Made by a program: the position numbers and the translations under genes. A stretch of DNA of 64,000 bases from contig JAHCIT010000003.1 of the NCBI GenBank assembly GCA_026129095.1, positions 62,001-126,000 on the forward strand, written 5' to 3'. This document shows, piece by piece, positions 21,497-30,909 of this stretch. Numbering within the stretch: position 1 is the stretch's first letter; each line of letters starts with the position of its first letter. The notes beneath the pieces are model-generated. The model did no database searches. It was not told where the DNA came from and saw nothing but the letters and a program-made list of their open reading frames with translations. This DNA is from Deltaproteobacteria bacterium (lineage in GTDB: Bacteria > JAGRBM01 > JAHCIT01).

Positions 21497-22509
21497 AAAA
21501 GTATACTCCCCGTGGTTCCGGGCCGCTGCGTTCCCCGGCGGCGAAACAGGCGGATCAATCTGCCTTTGACACTACCTTGGATGAGTTCGTCAGGTACCTG
21601 AAGCTCCGGAACCGTTCGCCAAGAACGCAGGCGCACTATGCGGGTACCGTGGCAGCCTTCGGCCGGTTTCTTGCCGGAAAACGCAAGGCCGCGCTGGAGA
21701 ATCCTGCGTCGATCAACCTCTACGACTTGCGGGGATTTGTTTCGACCCTTTTTGGCGCCATGTCGAACGACAGCGTGGCAAGCCATGTCTCGGCCCTGAG
21801 AACCTTCTTTGGATGGCTGAAGAGCTCCGGCCGGATACCAGCCGACCCGACAGAACTGCTCGAATCTCCCAAGAGAAAAAAAAGCCTCCCCCGGTTTCTG
21901 CCTGAAACGACCGCGGGAGATCTGATGGATGCTCCCGGCCAAGGCGACCGGGAACCGGAACGGGACAGGGCCCTGCTGGAGCTCTTTTATGGTTCCGGAT
22001 TGCGGCTTTCGGAACTGGCGGCAGCTTCCGATTCGGCACTGGATGTCCAGTCCGGCGATATCCGGGTCATGGGGAAGGGGCAGAAGGAACGGATTGTTCC
22101 CTTGAGCGAAGCCTTTATTCAGGCATGGAACGCTTACCAGCCCCTTCGAGAGCGGTTTCGCAAGAAACTCGGTCCGGATATGCCTCTTTTCCTCTCGAAC
22201 CGCGGGAAAGCGCTTTCGGTTTCGATGATCGGCAAGATCGTGCGAAAATACGGGGCGAAAGGAAGTAACCCGGTCCGGGTGACACCCCACATGCTTCGTC
22301 ACAGTTATGCCACGCATATGCTGGAGGGCGGGGCCGATTTGCGGGCAATTCAGGAGATGCTGGGACACAGTTCCCTGGCGGCTACCCAGCGGTATACGGC
22401 GGTCCAGTTGGCCCGGATGATGCGGACCTATCATGAGGCCCACGGGCGCGCTAGAGATAAGCTCCGGAACCGCAATAGCGGTTCCGCTGACGGAGAGAAA
22501 CCAGAGTGA
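21493..22509 (+). CDS. xerC: Tyrosine recombinase XerC
   Basis: [34 protein letters not shown]; trmFO-xerC-hslVU synteny. Confidence 0.92.
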   Translation: MKKYTPRGSGPLRSPAAKQADQSAFDTTLDEFVRYLKLRNRSPRTQAHYAGTVAAFGRFLAGKRKAALENPASINLYDLRGFVSTLFGAMSNDSVASHVSALRTFFGWLKSSGRIPADPTELLESPKRKKSLPRFLPETTAGDLMDAPGQGDREPERDRALLELFYGSGLRLSELAAASDSALDVQSGDIRVMGKGQKERIVPLSEAFIQAWNAYQPLRERFRKKLGPDMPLFLSNRGKALSVSMIGKIVRKYGAKGSNPVRVTPHMLRHSYATHMLEGGADLRAIQEMLGHSSLAATQRYTAVQLARMMRTYHEAHGRARDKLRNRNSGSADGEKPE

Positions 22510-22514
22510 AGCCG

Positions 22515-23039
22515 ATGCATGCTACTACCATCGTCTGTGTTCGCCGGGACGGCAAAGTCGCCATCGCCGGAGACGGCCAGGTAACCCACGGCAATCAGGT
22601 CCTAAAAAATACCGCCCGGAAAGTGCGCCGCCTCGCCTCCGGCCGTGTGATCGCCGGGTTTGCCGGTGCCACGGCGGATGCATTCACCCTTTTTGAGCGT
22701 TTCGAAGAAAAACTCCAGCAGTACCCGGACAGCTTGCAGCGGGCGGCCGTCGAACTGGCAAAAGAATGGCGGACGAACAAGATGCTCCGGACGCTCGAAG
22801 CGCTCCTCATCGTCGCTGATAGGTCCGGGAGCTATCTGGTGACCGGCGCAGGGGATGTTGTGGAGCCGGACGATGATGTTCTGGCCATTGGTTCAGGCGG
22901 TGCATTCGCACAATCGGCGGCATTGGCCATGCTTCGCCATTCGAAGCTTTCCGCCCGGCAGATTGCGGAAGAATCCCTCCAGATCGCCGCGAAAATCTGC
23001 ATCTATACCAACGCTTCGGTAAATGTGGAGGAGCTGTAA
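22515..23039 (+). CDS. hslV: ATP-dependent protease subunit HslV
   Basis: TTIVCVRR...[21 protein letters not shown]; start 22506 or 22515. Confidence 0.97.
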   Translation: MHATTIVCVRRDGKVAIAGDGQVTHGNQVLKNTARKVRRLASGRVIAGFAGATADAFTLFERFEEKLQQYPDSLQRAAVELAKEWRTNKMLRTLEALLIVADRSGSYLVTGAGDVVEPDDDVLAIGSGGAFAQSAALAMLRHSKLSARQIAEESLQIAAKICIYTNASVNVEEL

Positions 23040-23083
23040 CGTGCCGCTTTCCACTCCCGGTGCCGGGTGCTAACCGTTTGGCA

Positions 23084-24478
23084 ATGGATCCAACCTCACT
23101 CACGCCCCAAAAGATCGTCGAACTGCTTGATGCCTATATTGTCGGACAGGCCGAGGCCAAGCGTGCCGTGGCAGTGGCACTCCGGAACCGCTGGCGGCGG
23201 CAGCGTGTGGATCCTGCAATCCGCGACGAGATTTTTCCCAAGAACATCCTGATGATCGGGCCGACCGGAGTCGGCAAGACTGAAATCGCCCGCCGCTTGG
23301 CGAAGCTGGTCAGTGCGCCGTTCCTGAAGGTGGAGGCCTCCAAGTTCACCGAAGTGGGCTATGTCGGCAAGGACGTGGAGTCCATGATCCGGGATCTGGT
23401 TGAAATGTCGGTCAAGATGGTGACCGAGGAACACAAGGGCCGGGTCCGTCAGCAGGCTGAAACGGCAGCCGAAGAACGCCTCCTGGATGCACTGCTCCCC
23501 GGTGTTTCCGAGCCCAGACAGAAGGCTGAAAACCGGTTTTTCGTGGCCCCGGCCGCCGGGGGCCCGGCTACGGTTCAGGAATCCCCCGGCGCCGCCGACA
23601 CGCGGGAAAAGTTCCGTCAGATGCTGAGGGAGGGCCGTCTGGAAGACCGCGAGGTCACCATAGAAGTCGCCCAGAAAACCATGCCTCTTGCCCAGATCGT
23701 TACCCCACAGGGAGTCGAGGAGATGGGCATGGACCTGTCCGAAATGCTGGGCGGGATGCTTGGTGGCGGCCGAAAGAAGTCGCGCACAGTGAAGGTGTCT
23801 GAAGCTCGCACAATTCTCATCGAGCAGGAGTCGCGCCGGATGCTCGATTCAGACGCCGTGAACCGGGAAGCTCTCCGGCGGGCGGAGGAAGGGGGAATCG
23901 TTTTTCTGGATGAAATCGACAAGATCGCCAGCCGCGACCGTCAGGCCCACGGCCCGGATGTTTCCCGCGAAGGGGTCCAGCGCGATATCCTGCCTATTAT
24001 TGAAGGATCGAATGTTACGACCAAATACGGCATGGTGAAAACTGACCAGATTCTGTTCATTGCGGCCGGCGCATTCCATGTTTCCAAGCCCTCAGACCTG
24101 ATCCCTGAACTCCAGGGCCGGTTCCCGATCCGGGTTAATCTGGAGCCCCTCACGGCTGAGGACATGCTGAGAATCCTGAAAGAACCCCGGAATGCCCTGA
24201 CGGCCCAGTATGCGGCTTTACTGGGGGCAGAGGCGGTCGAGATCACCTACACCCCGGACGGCCTGGAGGAAATGGCCCGGATCGCCGCTCAAGTGAACGG
24301 CCAGACCGAAAATATCGGCGCCAGACGGCTCCATACGATCATGGAAAAGGTGCTGGAAGAAGTGTCCTTTGCCGGTCCGGACTATCCCGGCCGGAAGGTG
24401 GTCGTGGATGCTGCTTTCGTACGAGGCCGGCTGGATGGCATCTTGAAGAAACAGGACCTCTCCAATTACATATTGTGA
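23084..24478 (+). CDS. hslU: ATP-dependent protease ATPase subunit HslU
   Basis: PKNILMIGPTGVGKTEIARRLA, EVGYVG, PELQGRFPIRV, ENIGARRLHT. Confidence 0.98.
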   Translation: MDPTSLTPQKIVELLDAYIVGQAEAKRAVAVALRNRWRRQRVDPAIRDEIFPKNILMIGPTGVGKTEIARRLAKLVSAPFLKVEASKFTEVGYVGKDVESMIRDLVEMSVKMVTEEHKGRVRQQAETAAEERLLDALLPGVSEPRQKAENRFFVAPAAGGPATVQESPGAADTREKFRQMLREGRLEDREVTIEVAQKTMPLAQIVTPQGVEEMGMDLSEMLGGMLGGGRKKSRTVKVSEARTILIEQESRRMLDSDAVNREALRRAEEGGIVFLDEIDKIASRDRQAHGPDVSREGVQRDILPIIEGSNVTTKYGMVKTDQILFIAAGAFHVSKPSDLIPELQGRFPIRVNLEPLTAEDMLRILKEPRNALTAQYAALLGAEAVEITYTPDGLEEMARIAAQVNGQTENIGARRLHTIMEKVLEEVSFAGPDYPGRKVVVDAAFVRGRLDGILKKQDLSNYIL

Positions 24479-24558
24479 CTTCAGGGACCGGATCCGGAGG
24501 AAAACGGACCGGATCCTCGCCGGGTGAATGATCTTCCGGCCGGAAGGCTGAAACCAGT

Positions 24559-25473
24559 TTGCAGGAATATGTAGCCAAGGCGAAGGTGCTCCTTGAGGCT
24601 CTTCCCTATATTCGCCGTTTCGCCGACAAGGTGTTCGTCATCAAGTATGGCGGGCACGCCATGGTGGACGAAACGCTCAAGCAGAGCTTCGCCCGCGATA
24701 TTGTGCTGATGAAGTATATCGGCATGAAGCCGGTCGTGGTTCATGGCGGCGGCCCGCAGATCAAGATCCGGCTCCAGAAGCTGGGGGTCCAGAGCGAATT
24801 CGTCAATGGAATGCGGGTCACCGATGCCGAGACGATGGTCATCGTCGAGGAAGTACTGGCCGGTCATGTGAATAAGGAGATTGTCACGCTGATCCAGTCG
24901 CAGGGCGGACGGGCCGTAGGCATCAGCGGCAAGGACGGGGGGCTGATCCTGTCCTCTAAACTGCTCATGGATGACGGCACTGGTGTCCAGAAGGACATCG
25001 GTTTCGTGGGCAAAATCGATCATGTGGATCCGAAGATCATCCGGACCTTGGTGACCGACAAGTTCATCCCCGTGATTGCGCCAATCGGCGCGGATGCTAC
25101 CGGGCAGGGCTACAACATCAATGCGGATATCGTGGCTGGCAAGGTCGCTGCTGCACTAAAGGCGGAAAAGCTGATTCTCATGACCGATGTGGCAGGCGTC
25201 CTTGGCGAGGCAGGCGAGCTGCTCCGGCAGCTCAACGCGGAGCAGGTCGAAGGACTTATCAAGGGGGGCGTCATCAAGGGTGGCATGATCCCCAAGGTGA
25301 ACTGCTGTCTCGACGCCCTCCAGGGCGGTGTCCGCAAGACGCACATCATTGACGGGCGTGTCCAGCACGCCTGTTTGCTGGAAATCTTTACTGAACAGGG
25401 GATTGGCTCCGAGATCAGCTGGAATCCCGTCCGTGAGAAGCGGCCCCATATGCCGCTGGTGGACGAAGCATGA
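24559..25473 (+). CDS. argB: Acetylglutamate kinase
   Basis: [39 protein letters not shown] start. Confidence 0.97.
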   Translation: MQEYVAKAKVLLEALPYIRRFADKVFVIKYGGHAMVDETLKQSFARDIVLMKYIGMKPVVVHGGGPQIKIRLQKLGVQSEFVNGMRVTDAETMVIVEEVLAGHVNKEIVTLIQSQGGRAVGISGKDGGLILSSKLLMDDGTGVQKDIGFVGKIDHVDPKIIRTLVTDKFIPVIAPIGADATGQGYNINADIVAGKVAAALKAEKLILMTDVAGVLGEAGELLRQLNAEQVEGLIKGGVIKGGMIPKVNCCLDALQGGVRKTHIIDGRVQHACLLEIFTEQGIGSEISWNPVREKRPHMPLVDEA

Positions 25474-26726
25474 CGGCCGCTCCCGGCAAAAAACGGCGGG
25501 TTACGGGAAGAAAACCGGCCCGCCAGGCAAAGCCTCCTGACCGGAATCTCCAGTGGGAAAAACGCACGCTGGAGACAGTCGCCTTTACCTATCGGAGGTT
25601 TCCTGTCGCGATCGTGCGGGGCAGGGGGCCCTGGGTGTGGGATGCCAACGGGAAGAAATATTTGGATTTTCTTGCGGGCGTCGCCGTGAACTGTCTCGGA
25701 CACGGGCACCCGGCGATCACCCGGGCCGTGCGGGAGCAGGCATCTAAGCTCCTGCATATCTCCAACTATTTTCATATCCCTTCGCAAACGGAACTGGCGG
25801 AAGAGCTTACGCGGCGTTCCTTCGCGGGCCGTGTTTTTTTCTGCAACTCCGGTGCCGAAGCCAACGAAGCCGCCCTGAAGCTCGCCCGCAAATGGGGACA
25901 GGAGCATGGTGGAAGAGTGGAGATCGTCTCGACAACGAACTCATTCCACGGACGGACAATCGGATCGCTTTCGGCCACGGGGCAAACGAAGTATGCGGAG
26001 GGGTTCGGACCGCTGCTCCCGCAGGTCCGTTTCGTTCCGTTCGGAAATGCTGGCGCTCTCGCCGAGGCAGTCACGGAAAAAACCTGTGCTGTGCTGATCG
26101 AGCCGGTTCAGGGGGAGGGTGGCGTGGTGCTGCCGCCCGATGGCTACCTGCCGCGGGTGCAGGAAATCTGCCGGGAGAGGGGCGCGCTGCTCCTTGTTGA
26201 TGAAGTTCAGGTAGGGATCGGCCGGACCGGCACTCTGTTCGCATACGAACAGATGGGGTTTGAGCCGGATATCATGACGCTGGCGAAGGGGCTGGGTGGT
26301 GGAGTCCCGATCGGCGCCATGTGTGCCCGCACCGAAATTATGGAGGCTCTGGGGCCCGGAACGCACGGGAGTACCTTCGGCGGCAATCCTCTGGCCACTG
26401 CGGTTGCTTTGGCGGTGGTCCGTGAGATTGCCCGGCCGGCTCTCCTTGCGAATGTCCGGAAACAGGGGGAGCGGATACGGCACTACTTCAGGAAGTTGCA
26501 GGCGGGCGACCACACCGGACTTGTCGCCGATGTACGAGGCATAGGGCTGATGACCGGGATCGAAGTTACCCGCGAGGGACCGGAGATCGTGAAGCGGGGT
26601 ATTGAACTGGGTCTTATTGCCAACTGTACGGCGGGAAATGTGATCCGGCTCGTTCCACCCCTCAATGTCACTTCCCGGGAAGTGGATACGGCGTGCCGGT
26701 TGCTCCGCCAGGCAATGGGGATCTGA
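25470..26726 (+). CDS. argD: Acetylornithine aminotransferase
   Basis: [46 protein letters not shown]. Confidence 0.95.
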   Translation: MTAAPGKKRRVTGRKPARQAKPPDRNLQWEKRTLETVAFTYRRFPVAIVRGRGPWVWDANGKKYLDFLAGVAVNCLGHGHPAITRAVREQASKLLHISNYFHIPSQTELAEELTRRSFAGRVFFCNSGAEANEAALKLARKWGQEHGGRVEIVSTTNSFHGRTIGSLSATGQTKYAEGFGPLLPQVRFVPFGNAGALAEAVTEKTCAVLIEPVQGEGGVVLPPDGYLPRVQEICRERGALLLVDEVQVGIGRTGTLFAYEQMGFEPDIMTLAKGLGGGVPIGAMCARTEIMEALGPGTHGSTFGGNPLATAVALAVVREIARPALLANVRKQGERIRHYFRKLQAGDHTGLVADVRGIGLMTGIEVTREGPEIVKRGIELGLIANCTAGNVIRLVPPLNVTSREVDTACRLLRQAMGI

Positions 26727-26728
26727 GC

Positions 26729-27646
26729 ATGGTCATTCGTCATTTCCTGGAACTGTCCGACCTGACCGCTTCCGAGATTCGGGAGACGATCAATCACGCC
26801 CTCGCGCTAAAGCGCGACCGGGCCGCTGGAAAGCTGCAGCCATCGCCACTTACCGGGAAAACCCTTGCCCTTGTGTTCGAGAAAAGCTCAACACGTACGC
26901 GTGTTTCGTTCGAGGTCGGAATGGGCGAACTGGGCGGCCGGGCGCTGTTCCTCTCGCCATCCGAGATACAGCTGGGCCGGGGGGAATCGATCCGGGATAC
27001 GGTCAAGGTACTTTCGCGCATGTGCCACGGGATAGTGCTGCGCACCCACGACCATTCCCGGCTGGCGGAATTTGCACGAAACGCGACGGTGCCGGTGATC
27101 AACGGACTGACGGACCTTCTGCATCCGGTGCAGATACTCGCCGACCTGATGACCATTCAGGAACAGTTTGGAAAGTTCGAGGGACTCAAGATCGCCTATA
27201 TCGGTGATGGTAACAACGTAGCGAACTCTTGGATCGAGGCCTGCGCCCTTTTCGACTTTCAGCTTTCGATCGCTCATCCGCCGGGTTACGGTCCCGATCC
27301 TGGCTTTCTTGAGTTTGCGGGTGCCAGATGCGGCGGCCGGCTGACGATCATGCAGGATCCCCGAGCGGCCGCAAAGGACGCCCATATCCTTTATACCGAT
27401 ACATGGACCAGCATGGGCCAGGAGGAAGAAGCGGGAATCCGTCGGCATGCATTTCAGGGTTACCAGATCAACCGCAAGCTGATGGAGGTATGCGCGCCGG
27501 GTGTCCGGATCATGCATTGTCTTCCGGCTCACTGGGGCGAGGAACTGGCTCTGGAACTCCAGGACGCCCCCGAACTGGTCGTCTATGACGAGGCCGAAAA
27601 CCGGCTGCACGCCCAGAAGGCGCTGCTGCTTCTCCTCATGTCCTGA
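26729..27646 (+). CDS. argF: Ornithine carbamoyltransferase
   Basis: FEKSSTRTRVSF, HPVQ, DTWTSMGQE, HCLP, AENRLH. Confidence 0.97.
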   Translation: MVIRHFLELSDLTASEIRETINHALALKRDRAAGKLQPSPLTGKTLALVFEKSSTRTRVSFEVGMGELGGRALFLSPSEIQLGRGESIRDTVKVLSRMCHGIVLRTHDHSRLAEFARNATVPVINGLTDLLHPVQILADLMTIQEQFGKFEGLKIAYIGDGNNVANSWIEACALFDFQLSIAHPPGYGPDPGFLEFAGARCGGRLTIMQDPRAAAKDAHILYTDTWTSMGQEEEAGIRRHAFQGYQINRKLMEVCAPGVRIMHCLPAHWGEELALELQDAPELVVYDEAENRLHAQKALLLLLMS

Positions 27647-27668
27647 AAGGGTATAATCCCGCGGGTTT

Positions 27669-28979
27669 ATGGGAATTTCTATCCGCTTGCCAGATGACGG
27701 CATCCCTTCGCTGCTGCCGGCAGCCGATTTCAGTTCGAAGGAACTGACGGTTGAGGACGGCTTCCTGTTGTCGCGCATTGATGGTGGAACAAACATGAAA
27801 GCCTTGCGCGCTCTCACGACCTGGCCAGGAGACCGTACGGACGAATCGGTCGCCAAGCTGATGGTGCTCCGGATGGTTCAGGTCCGTTTGAAGGATGGCG
27901 AGATTATCGCTCTTACTCCACGGGCGTTGAATGAGCTGAAAATCCGCATGGTTCGCGGGAAGACCGGCGCTACTGGTGGACTGGCGGCGAGCCTCGGCGG
28001 ATTGAAGGAGGCTGCGCCTTTCGTCCTGCCAGCCGGCACTGACACTGGAATGCTGTCCGTGGAAGTGGCTACCCATGTCATGCGTGCCATTGAGCGTGGG
28101 TCGCTTGGATACTGGTATGAAGTGCTGAGCATATCTCCAAGGGCAGATGTGGCGGCAATCAAAAAGGCCTATCGTGCAATTGCGGCTGAAATTCATCCCG
28201 ACAACTTTTTTGGCAAGGAGTTGGGGACCTGGGGGGAGCGACTGAACGATGCTTTCGATCTGCTCACCCGTGCCTACGACACACTGAGTGATCCGGCTGA
28301 ACGGGCCCGGTATAACCAGGAACTTGCGGACATGGACGCACCGGAACCGGAAGAGCCCGCCGAGCCAGAGGCCGAAGAGGTAAAGGTGACGGCTCAGGAG
28401 AAGCCCAAACCGGGCGGGACCATTCTGGACCAGATCCGGATGAAGGTTCAGAAGGCCCGCGATCTGGCCAGGACTGCCGAACAGCAAATGAATCAGGGGC
28501 ATTGGCAGGATGCCTTCAATGCGCTTCAGATGGCGGCGACATTCGATCCGTACAACCCTGATTACAAAAAAAAGGCGGATATGCTCCGCCCCAAGCTGAA
28601 CATCAAGCGGGCGAAGGAAATGTTCCAGGAAGCGGTCCATATGGCCCATAATCCAAAGATGGCGAAGGCAGCGCTCAAGCTGCTGGAGGAGGTCGTTGAT
28701 ATCGACCCGGCCCGGCCGGCCCACCGGTATGAATACGCCCGGCTACTTTTCCAGGAGCGGGAGAATACGATAGAGGGCGGGTACTTGGGGAAAGCCATGG
28801 ACCATGTGGAAGCAGCGCTGATCATGGAGCCCGAAAATCCGAAGTACCTGCTGCTTGCGGGGCAGATATGCAAGGCTATGGGGAACAAGAAGGCCGCTGC
28901 GGACTATCTCAAGAAAACCCTGAAAAAGGATAAGAACAACGAAACCGCCCGGCAGGAACTTGACAGCCTGAAAGACTGA
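27669..28979 (+). CDS. J-domain (DnaJ-like) protein with C-terminal TPRs
   Basis: YEVLSI...IKKAYRAIAAEIHPD...AYDTLSDPAERARY; TPR-like helices; N-terminal GFLLSRIDG segment. Confidence 0.88.
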   Translation: MGISIRLPDDGIPSLLPAADFSSKELTVEDGFLLSRIDGGTNMKALRALTTWPGDRTDESVAKLMVLRMVQVRLKDGEIIALTPRALNELKIRMVRGKTGATGGLAASLGGLKEAAPFVLPAGTDTGMLSVEVATHVMRAIERGSLGYWYEVLSISPRADVAAIKKAYRAIAAEIHPDNFFGKELGTWGERLNDAFDLLTRAYDTLSDPAERARYNQELADMDAPEPEEPAEPEAEEVKVTAQEKPKPGGTILDQIRMKVQKARDLARTAEQQMNQGHWQDAFNALQMAATFDPYNPDYKKKADMLRPKLNIKRAKEMFQEAVHMAHNPKMAKAALKLLEEVVDIDPARPAHRYEYARLLFQERENTIEGGYLGKAMDHVEAALIMEPENPKYLLLAGQICKAMGNKKAAADYLKKTLKKDKNNETARQELDSLKD

Positions 28980-28988
28980 CGCACGATC

Positions 28989-29567
28989 ATGATTCCCGAG
29001 CACCTGCAGAAACGCTTCGCCGCCCTTCGCCAGGCCCTGAAGGATTCGGATGAACAGGTCCGTCAGTTGGCATCAAAATCGCTTGAGCAGGTGGAGGCGT
29101 TGTCTGACCTCGACCTGCTGGTTGAGAACTTCAAGAAGGGCGATAAGGTATCGCAGATCCGGGCGCTTTATGCGTTTGGCAAGATCCGCCATGACCGGTC
29201 GCTGACGGCGCTGGTATTCGCGCTCCGGATGGAGGACGAGGAAGTACGGACCGCTGCCATCCGGGCCATTGGAGAACAGCTCCATCCGCGGGCCATCGGT
29301 CCGTTACTGGAAGTGCTGCCAAACGAGACGCCAACCTGCCAGATCGCCATTCTGGAGATCCTCCCGAACTTCAAGGACCCGGAAATGATGAATGTGCTGA
29401 GAGGCATGCTCCGGAGCAAGAATGCCGATGTGGTGGAGGCTACTATACGGGCCAGCGGACGGATCGGGGACCGGGCCGTCGAGGATGCTCTTATCATTCT
29501 CCTGTCAAAGGGCCCCACGCGGCTCCGGCGGGCTGCGGCCGAAGTGCTGGGTGTGCTTTCGGTCTAG
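28989..29567 (+). CDS. HEAT-repeat (PBS lyase-like) protein
   Basis: Repeated LxDxDxxVRxxA / VRTAAIRAIG / RRAAAEVLG. Confidence 0.85.
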   Translation: MIPEHLQKRFAALRQALKDSDEQVRQLASKSLEQVEALSDLDLLVENFKKGDKVSQIRALYAFGKIRHDRSLTALVFALRMEDEEVRTAAIRAIGEQLHPRAIGPLLEVLPNETPTCQIAILEILPNFKDPEMMNVLRGMLRSKNADVVEATIRASGRIGDRAVEDALIILLSKGPTRLRRAAAEVLGVLSV

Positions 29568-29577
29568 CGGTTCCGCT

Positions 29578-30909
29578 TTATTTGAGATAGACAGTTACAT
29601 CGATATTCTTGAGCAGCGGGTCAACTGTCCCGATAATCCGGCGAGATGGCGCGCTGGCGGGCAATGGGCCGGCCAGATTCAGGTCAATAGGCTGGGGCAG
29701 CCGGTTACCGAATTCATCGATAATTATCTTGACCTTCGGTGGCGCATCAGGCGCTTCATTGGTTCCGGTAACTACGGCCAGTTCATTCGTCTCCAGCCGG
29801 ATGAGCGATCCGACAGGATACATGCCCAGCATGGTCACGAATCGCTCGAAATAGTGGGGATCAAGCTTGGTGCCAGCGAGCTTGTCCATAAGGACAAGGG
29901 CTTCGCGGGGCCCACTCTGGTTCTGATAAACCCGGAGCGTCGTGATCGCGTCATAGCAGTCGGCGATGGCGACAATGTGGCTGAAGGGACTGGGCTTGTT
30001 GCCTGACCCCAGATCCGGATAACCCTTCAGGTCGTACTGGACATGGTGTTCCAGTGCACAGCGGGCCGTGGTTTCCTGGAGTGAATTCATCTTCTGGATG
30101 ATCTCAAAGCTGTGAACTGAGTGTTCCTTCATCTTCTCCCATTCGGCCGGAGAAAGCCGGCCCGGCTTCTGGAGAATTTCCTTGGGCACCTTGATCTTGC
30201 CCAGATCGTGCAGGAGGCCGCCCAGCCCCACTGCGGAAAGGATCGGATCCTTCAGGTCGAGCGCATTGGCGAGCGCCAGCGACAGGATGGCCACATTCAC
30301 CGAATGGTTGAACAGGTAGTTGTCGTAGCTCTTGATCATTGACAGTCCGAGCAGGGCACTCGGATTGTCATCCAGGCAGCGGGTCATCGCGGAGACGATA
30401 CCCTTGGCCCGGTCCGGGCGGGGTATTTCACCCATTCGGAGTTCGTGGAACATGCTGCCGACATAACTGATGGCGTCGTTGTAGACTTTCGTGGAATCGG
30501 GCGACACCAGTTCGACGGTGATGTGCGAAATGCCGCGCATCACCAGTTCCCCGGACACCCAGTCGCCTTTCTGGTTGTTGGTTTCGGCGTCATCGAGGAT
30601 ATCCACCCAGTCGATGATTTCTTCTGCGGTTAGCCCTGGCTTGAACCGGATCACATTCACTTCGATTTTGAGGAGTTGCTCGAGCAGTTCCTGAAGGGCT
30701 GCTGGCAGGTGATAGAGGGCGAAGTCCTCACAGGTCAGGGTATCTTCTGCGACGGCAACAGTGATCTCTTGCCTCCGGTCGTGGAACGGTTTGAGAGCCA
30801 GGAGCAGGTTTGCCACTGCTTTCTTGAAGGCCGGGTGCTCCTTTGGATACAGGGCTTTCGCCTTGATGGCTCCGGCAACGAGATGAAGAATCTGTTCGTA
30901 GGGTTTCAC
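29578..30909 (-). CDS. HD-GYP cyclic dinucleotide phosphodiesterase (RxxQ variant)
   Basis: HSVNV, LHDLGK, HHVQYDLKGYP, ADCYDAITTLRVYQ. Confidence 0.93.
   Translation of the reverse strand: MKPYEQILHLVAGAIKAKALYPKEHPAFKKAVANLLLALKPFHDRRQEITVAVAEDTLTCEDFALYHLPAALQELLEQLLKIEVNVIRFKPGLTAEEIIDWVDILDDAETNNQKGDWVSGELVMRGISHITVELVSPDSTKVYNDAISYVGSMFHELRMGEIPRPDRAKGIVSAMTRCLDDNPSALLGLSMIKSYDNYLFNHSVNVAILSLALANALDLKDPILSAVGLGGLLHDLGKIKVPKEILQKPGRLSPAEWEKMKEHSVHSFEIIQKMNSLQETTARCALEHHVQYDLKGYPDLGSGNKPSPFSHIVAIADCYDAITTLRVYQNQSGPREALVLMDKLAGTKLDPHYFERFVTMLGMYPVGSLIRLETNELAVVTGTNEAPDAPPKVKIIIDEFGNRLPQPIDLNLAGPLPASAPSRRIIGTVDPLLKNIDVTVYLK

Noticed and set aside
21493-22509. Tyrosine recombinase as a sign of a mobile element
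   Set aside because: It sits in the housekeeping trmFO-xerC-hslVU order with overlapping neighbours; no att sites or cargo.
24486-24518. GGACCGGATCC direct repeat between hslU and argB
   Set aside because: Only two short copies of a CCGG-containing word, which is abundant throughout the window.
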